Part shown: piece after piece, positions 61,201 to 64,000 of the stretch
Layout: each line of letters starts with the position of its first letter
Numbering within the stretch: position 1 is the stretch's first letter
DNA from: Phycisphaerales bacterium
Lineage (GTDB): Bacteria > Planctomycetota > Phycisphaerae > SM23-33
Length of the DNA: 64,000 nucleotides
Direction of reading: 5' to 3'
Assembly (NCBI GenBank): GCA_018644725.1
Contig: JABGPZ010000054.1
Span: forward strand, 4,502 to 68,501
Made by a program: the position numbers and the translations under genes
Notes under the pieces: model-generated
Database searches by the model: none
What the model saw: the letters and a program-made list of their open reading frames with translations, nothing else
Told to the model about the DNA's origin: nothing

Positions 61201-63006
61201 ATGACCAAGAAAGTTGATGTCATGATCACTGCCTTCCGCGACGGCTTCCAGTCGTGCGTTGGCGCCCGTGCAAGAACCTCCGACTTCCTCCCCGCCGTAG
61301 AGGCCACCCATGCCGCTGGCATCGAACACTTCGAGTTCGGTGGTGGTGCGCGCTTCCAATCGCTGTTTTTCTACTGCGGCGAAAGTGCGTTTGACATGAT
61401 GGACCAGTTCCGCGGTGCGGTTGGACCGGATGTCAATCTCCAGACCCTCGCCCGTGGGATCAACGTGGTTGGCCTCGACAGCCAGTCCTCGGACGTGATC
61501 GACCTGCACGCGAAGACCTTCGCGGCGCACGGCACGACGACGATCCGCAACTTTGACGCCCTCAACGACGTCAACAACCTGATCTACTCCGGCCAGTGCA
61601 TCAAGAAGCACGGCCTCAAGCACGAGATCGTCATTGCGATGATGGCTCTGCCCCCGGGCTGCGATGGCCCGTCGCACTCCCCCGAATTCTACATGGACCG
61701 CCTGGACAACATCATGGCCGCCGATGTCGAATTCGACTCGATCTGCTTCAAGGATGCCTCGGGTACCGCGACCCCCGCGACCGTCTACGAGACCATCAAG
61801 CAGGCGCGCGCCAAGCTCGGCCCGGATGTCCACATCCGCATGCACACGCATGAAACCGCTGGCACGAGTGTCATGACCTATAAGGCGGCCCTCGATGGCG
61901 GTGCCAATGGCATTGACCTCTCGATGGCACCCCTTTCCGGTGGTACGGCCCAGCCCGACGTGCTGACGATGTGGCACGCTCTGCGTGGCAGCGAGTACGA
62001 TCTCGGAATTGACCCAGACAAGATGCTCAAGGCCGAAGAAGTCTTCGACGCCTGCATGGAACCCTACTTCATGCCCCCCGAATCCAAAACCGTCGCTCCG
62101 CTGATCCCCTGGAGCCCGATGCCCGGTGGCGCACTGACCGCCAACACGCAGATGCTGCGTGACAACGGCATGATGGACCGCTATGACGAATGCCTCATGG
62201 CCATGGGCGAAGTCGTTCGCCGCGGCGGCTATGGCACGAGCGTCACGCCCGTCAGCCAGTTCTACTTCCAGCAGGCGTTCGCGAACGTCATGCAGGGCCC
62301 GTGGGAAAAGATGACCGAAGGCTATGGCAAGATGTTGCTGGGCTACTTCGGCAAGACCCCCGTCGCGCCGGATCCCGAACTGGTGAAGCTCGCGAGCGAA
62401 CAGCTCGGCCTCGAGCCCACCACCGAAGACCCCCGCGCGATCAACGACCGCGACGAGAAAAAGGGCGTCGCTGCGGCCAAGGCCAAGCTCACCGAAGCTG
62501 GCATCACCGACCACACCGACGACAATGTCTTCATCGCTGCTGCATGTGGCGACAAGGGCATCCGCTTCCTCCTTGGTGATCGCCCCATGGGCATCCGCTG
62601 GAAGAAGGACGTCGAAAAGGCCACCAAAAAAGCCGACGGCCCCGAAGCCTACTCCGTCAGCCTCAATGGCAAAGCCTACAACGTCACCCTCGACGGCGAC
62701 AACGCCGTGGTCAACGGCAAGAGCTATGACGTTGCCGTCACCGAAGGCGAAGTCCAAGCCGCAGGCGCAGCCGCATCCGGCGGCGGAAGCGACCACATCG
62801 TCACCGCGCCCATGCCCGGTGCCGTCGTCCGCGTCCTCGTCTCCGAAGGCGACAGCGTCATCGAAGGCGACGTTCTTCTCGTTCAGGAAGCCATGAAGAT
62901 GGAAACCGAAGTCAAGAGCAAGTACTCCGGCACGGTCAGCCGCGTCGAAGTCAAGGTCGGCGACAAAATCACCGCCGCACAGGAACTGGTTCACATCTCG
63001 GCCTAA
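61201..63006 (+). CDS. oadA: oxaloacetate decarboxylase alpha subunit / biotin-dependent carboxyltransferase with biotinyl domain
   Basis: HMGL-like carboxyltransferase N-domain (ITAFRDGFQS, HTHETAGT) and a C-terminal biotinyl domain with the EAMKMETE motif. Confidence 0.9.
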   Translation: MTKKVDVMITAFRDGFQSCVGARARTSDFLPAVEATHAAGIEHFEFGGGARFQSLFFYCGESAFDMMDQFRGAVGPDVNLQTLARGINVVGLDSQSSDVIDLHAKTFAAHGTTTIRNFDALNDVNNLIYSGQCIKKHGLKHEIVIAMMALPPGCDGPSHSPEFYMDRLDNIMAADVEFDSICFKDASGTATPATVYETIKQARAKLGPDVHIRMHTHETAGTSVMTYKAALDGGANGIDLSMAPLSGGTAQPDVLTMWHALRGSEYDLGIDPDKMLKAEEVFDACMEPYFMPPESKTVAPLIPWSPMPGGALTANTQMLRDNGMMDRYDECLMAMGEVVRRGGYGTSVTPVSQFYFQQAFANVMQGPWEKMTEGYGKMLLGYFGKTPVAPDPELVKLASEQLGLEPTTEDPRAINDRDEKKGVAAAKAKLTEAGITDHTDDNVFIAAACGDKGIRFLLGDRPMGIRWKKDVEKATKKADGPEAYSVSLNGKAYNVTLDGDNAVVNGKSYDVAVTEGEVQAAGAAASGGGSDHIVTAPMPGAVVRVLVSEGDSVIEGDVLLVQEAMKMETEVKSKYSGTVSRVEVKVGDKITAAQELVHISA

Positions 63007-63044
63007 GGCCTCCCCTACACACTATCCGCTAAGGAGACAATAGA

Positions 63045-64000
63045 GTGATTGCTACTACTGAAACATCCGTTGCTACGGAAACATCCGTGATGGACCAGAT
63101 CGCCAACAGCTTTTCGACGCTGTGGAACGAAACTGGTCTCAGCAGCTACTGCAGTACAAACTGGACGATGGCCATCATGGTCGCCGTTGGGCTGCTGCTG
63201 CTGTATCTCGCGATCAAGAAGGGCTTCGAGCCGCTTCTGCTGATCCCCATTGGCTTTGGCTGCATTCTCGCGAACATCCCCGGCGCTGGCGTGGCCGACA
63301 TGGAACCGCCCGCACCCGAGTATGCCGCGTACATCGCCAAGCAGACCCAGACGAATCCCGCCTTCGACGTGACGAAGAAAAAAGCCGTCCTCGACGGATT
63401 CAACGCCATGAAACAGGCCAACTATGACGCTGCCAAAGTGTCGTATGAAGTCGACCACAAGGAATGGGAAACGAAAAAGCTTGCCGCCGCTACGGCTGGC
63501 ACAGAGTTTTCCGACCCCGCACCCCACGCGCCCAAGACATTCAAGCCCTACGCAATTCAAATGGGCTTTATGCAGCTGATTTATCAGCTGGGTGTGCAGA
63601 CGGGCTTGTTCCCGCTTCTGATCTTCATGGGCGTTGGCGCGATGACCGACTTCGGTCCGTTGCTGGCGAACCCGAAGACCGCCCTTCTCGGCGCGGCCGC
63701 CCAGGTCGGTATTTTCGGCGCGTTGTTCCTGGCACTGATGGTGTTCGGATTTAACATCGCCGAGGCTTCGGCCATCGGGATCATCGGCGGCGCAGACGGA
63801 CCGACGAGTATCTTCGTCGCCCGCAAGCTCGCTCCGGATCTTCTCGGTGCGATTGCCGTCGCGGCCTATTCCTACATGGCGCTCGTTCCGATCATTCAGC
63901 CGCCGGTCATGAGGCTTCTGACCTCCAAGGCCGAACGCAAAATCAAGATGGAACAGCTCCGTCACGTCAGCAAGCTCGAAAAGATGCTCTTCCCGCTGAT
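63045..64000 (+). CDS. oadB: sodium-translocating decarboxylase beta subunit (partial, runs off window end)
   Basis: Own translation; the gene is not in the track because there is no stop in the window. GTG at 63045, 7 nt after AAGGAGA. Motifs ...[30 protein letters not shown]..., [22 protein letters not shown] and [14 protein letters not shown]. Confidence 0.85.
   Translation, partial: MIATTETSVATETSVMDQIANSFSTLWNETGLSSYCSTNWTMAIMVAVGLLLLYLAIKKGFEPLLLIPIGFGCILANIPGAGVADMEPPAPEYAAYIAKQTQTNPAFDVTKKKAVLDGFNAMKQANYDAAKVSYEVDHKEWETKKLAAATAGTEFSDPAPHAPKTFKPYAIQMGFMQLIYQLGVQTGLFPLLIFMGVGAMTDFGPLLANPKTALLGAAAQVGIFGALFLALMVFGFNIAEASAIGIIGGADGPTSIFVARKLAPDLLGAIAVAAYSYMALVPIIQPPVMRLLTSKAERKIKMEQLRHVSKLEKMLFPL

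Noticed and set aside
61171-62994. 607-aa minus-strand ORF
   Set aside because: It is antisense to oadA, which has HMGL-like and biotinyl motifs.
63290-63560. Apparent ~80-aa hydrophilic insertion in OadB after ...ANIPGAG
   Set aside because: As far as I recall, characterised OadB proteins (for example Vibrio) also have a long hydrophilic or helical loop at this position, so it is probably a normal family feature.

Overview
High-GC bacterial chromosomal segment, coding on both strands and mostly housekeeping. I saw no rRNA genes, CRISPR array, transposase or integrase. The gene content suggests Planctomycetota/PVC, but this is inference only: tail-anchored Hanks kinases, TAT-signal Gfo/Idh/MocA arrays, LRR and HEAT proteins.

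Recognisable core genes:
- topA, carA, purM, pgk, tRNA-Arg(UCU)
- rpmI-rplT-pheS-guaA
- lysC, folE, truB, aroK-aroA
- hom plus an apgM-like gene, yggS, birA
- an oadG-oadA-oadB sodium-decarboxylase operon that runs off the 3' end

Accessory content:
- amino-sugar enzymes: a PIG-L deacetylase, a GH20 hexosaminidase and three tandem TAT-exported GH109-like oxidoreductases
- an LPS-core-like operon: GT4-like, double LPS kinase, GT9, DUF2062
- two Ser/Thr kinases and a hybrid sensor kinase
- an LRR protein, a HEAT-repeat protein and a DUF4139 protein

Many long ORFs in the track are antisense artefacts of the high GC content and were rejected. Several starts were moved to an internal ATG or GTG that has an AAGGAG-type RBS.

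Most unusual observations:
1. A low-GC single-ORF cassette at 54.4-55.0 kb. It is bracketed by ~50-bp imperfect inverted repeats and a ~10-bp direct repeat, and sits between two convergent core genes.
2. An aspartokinase with a histone-H1-like poly-Lys C-terminal tail.
3. A tRNA-Arg whose 3' end lies 2 nt from the start codon of an FmdB zinc-ribbon gene.
4. A 55-bp tandem repeat that begins at a consensus promoter -10 and forms the leader of the PIG-L gene.
5. A GTAG-headed REP-like palindrome family.
6. Inserted genes bracketed by duplicated terminator hairpins.
7. A hom/apgM-like pair, consistent with a non-orthologous homoserine kinase.

All homology statements come from motif recognition by eye. 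No database search or numeric computation was run.
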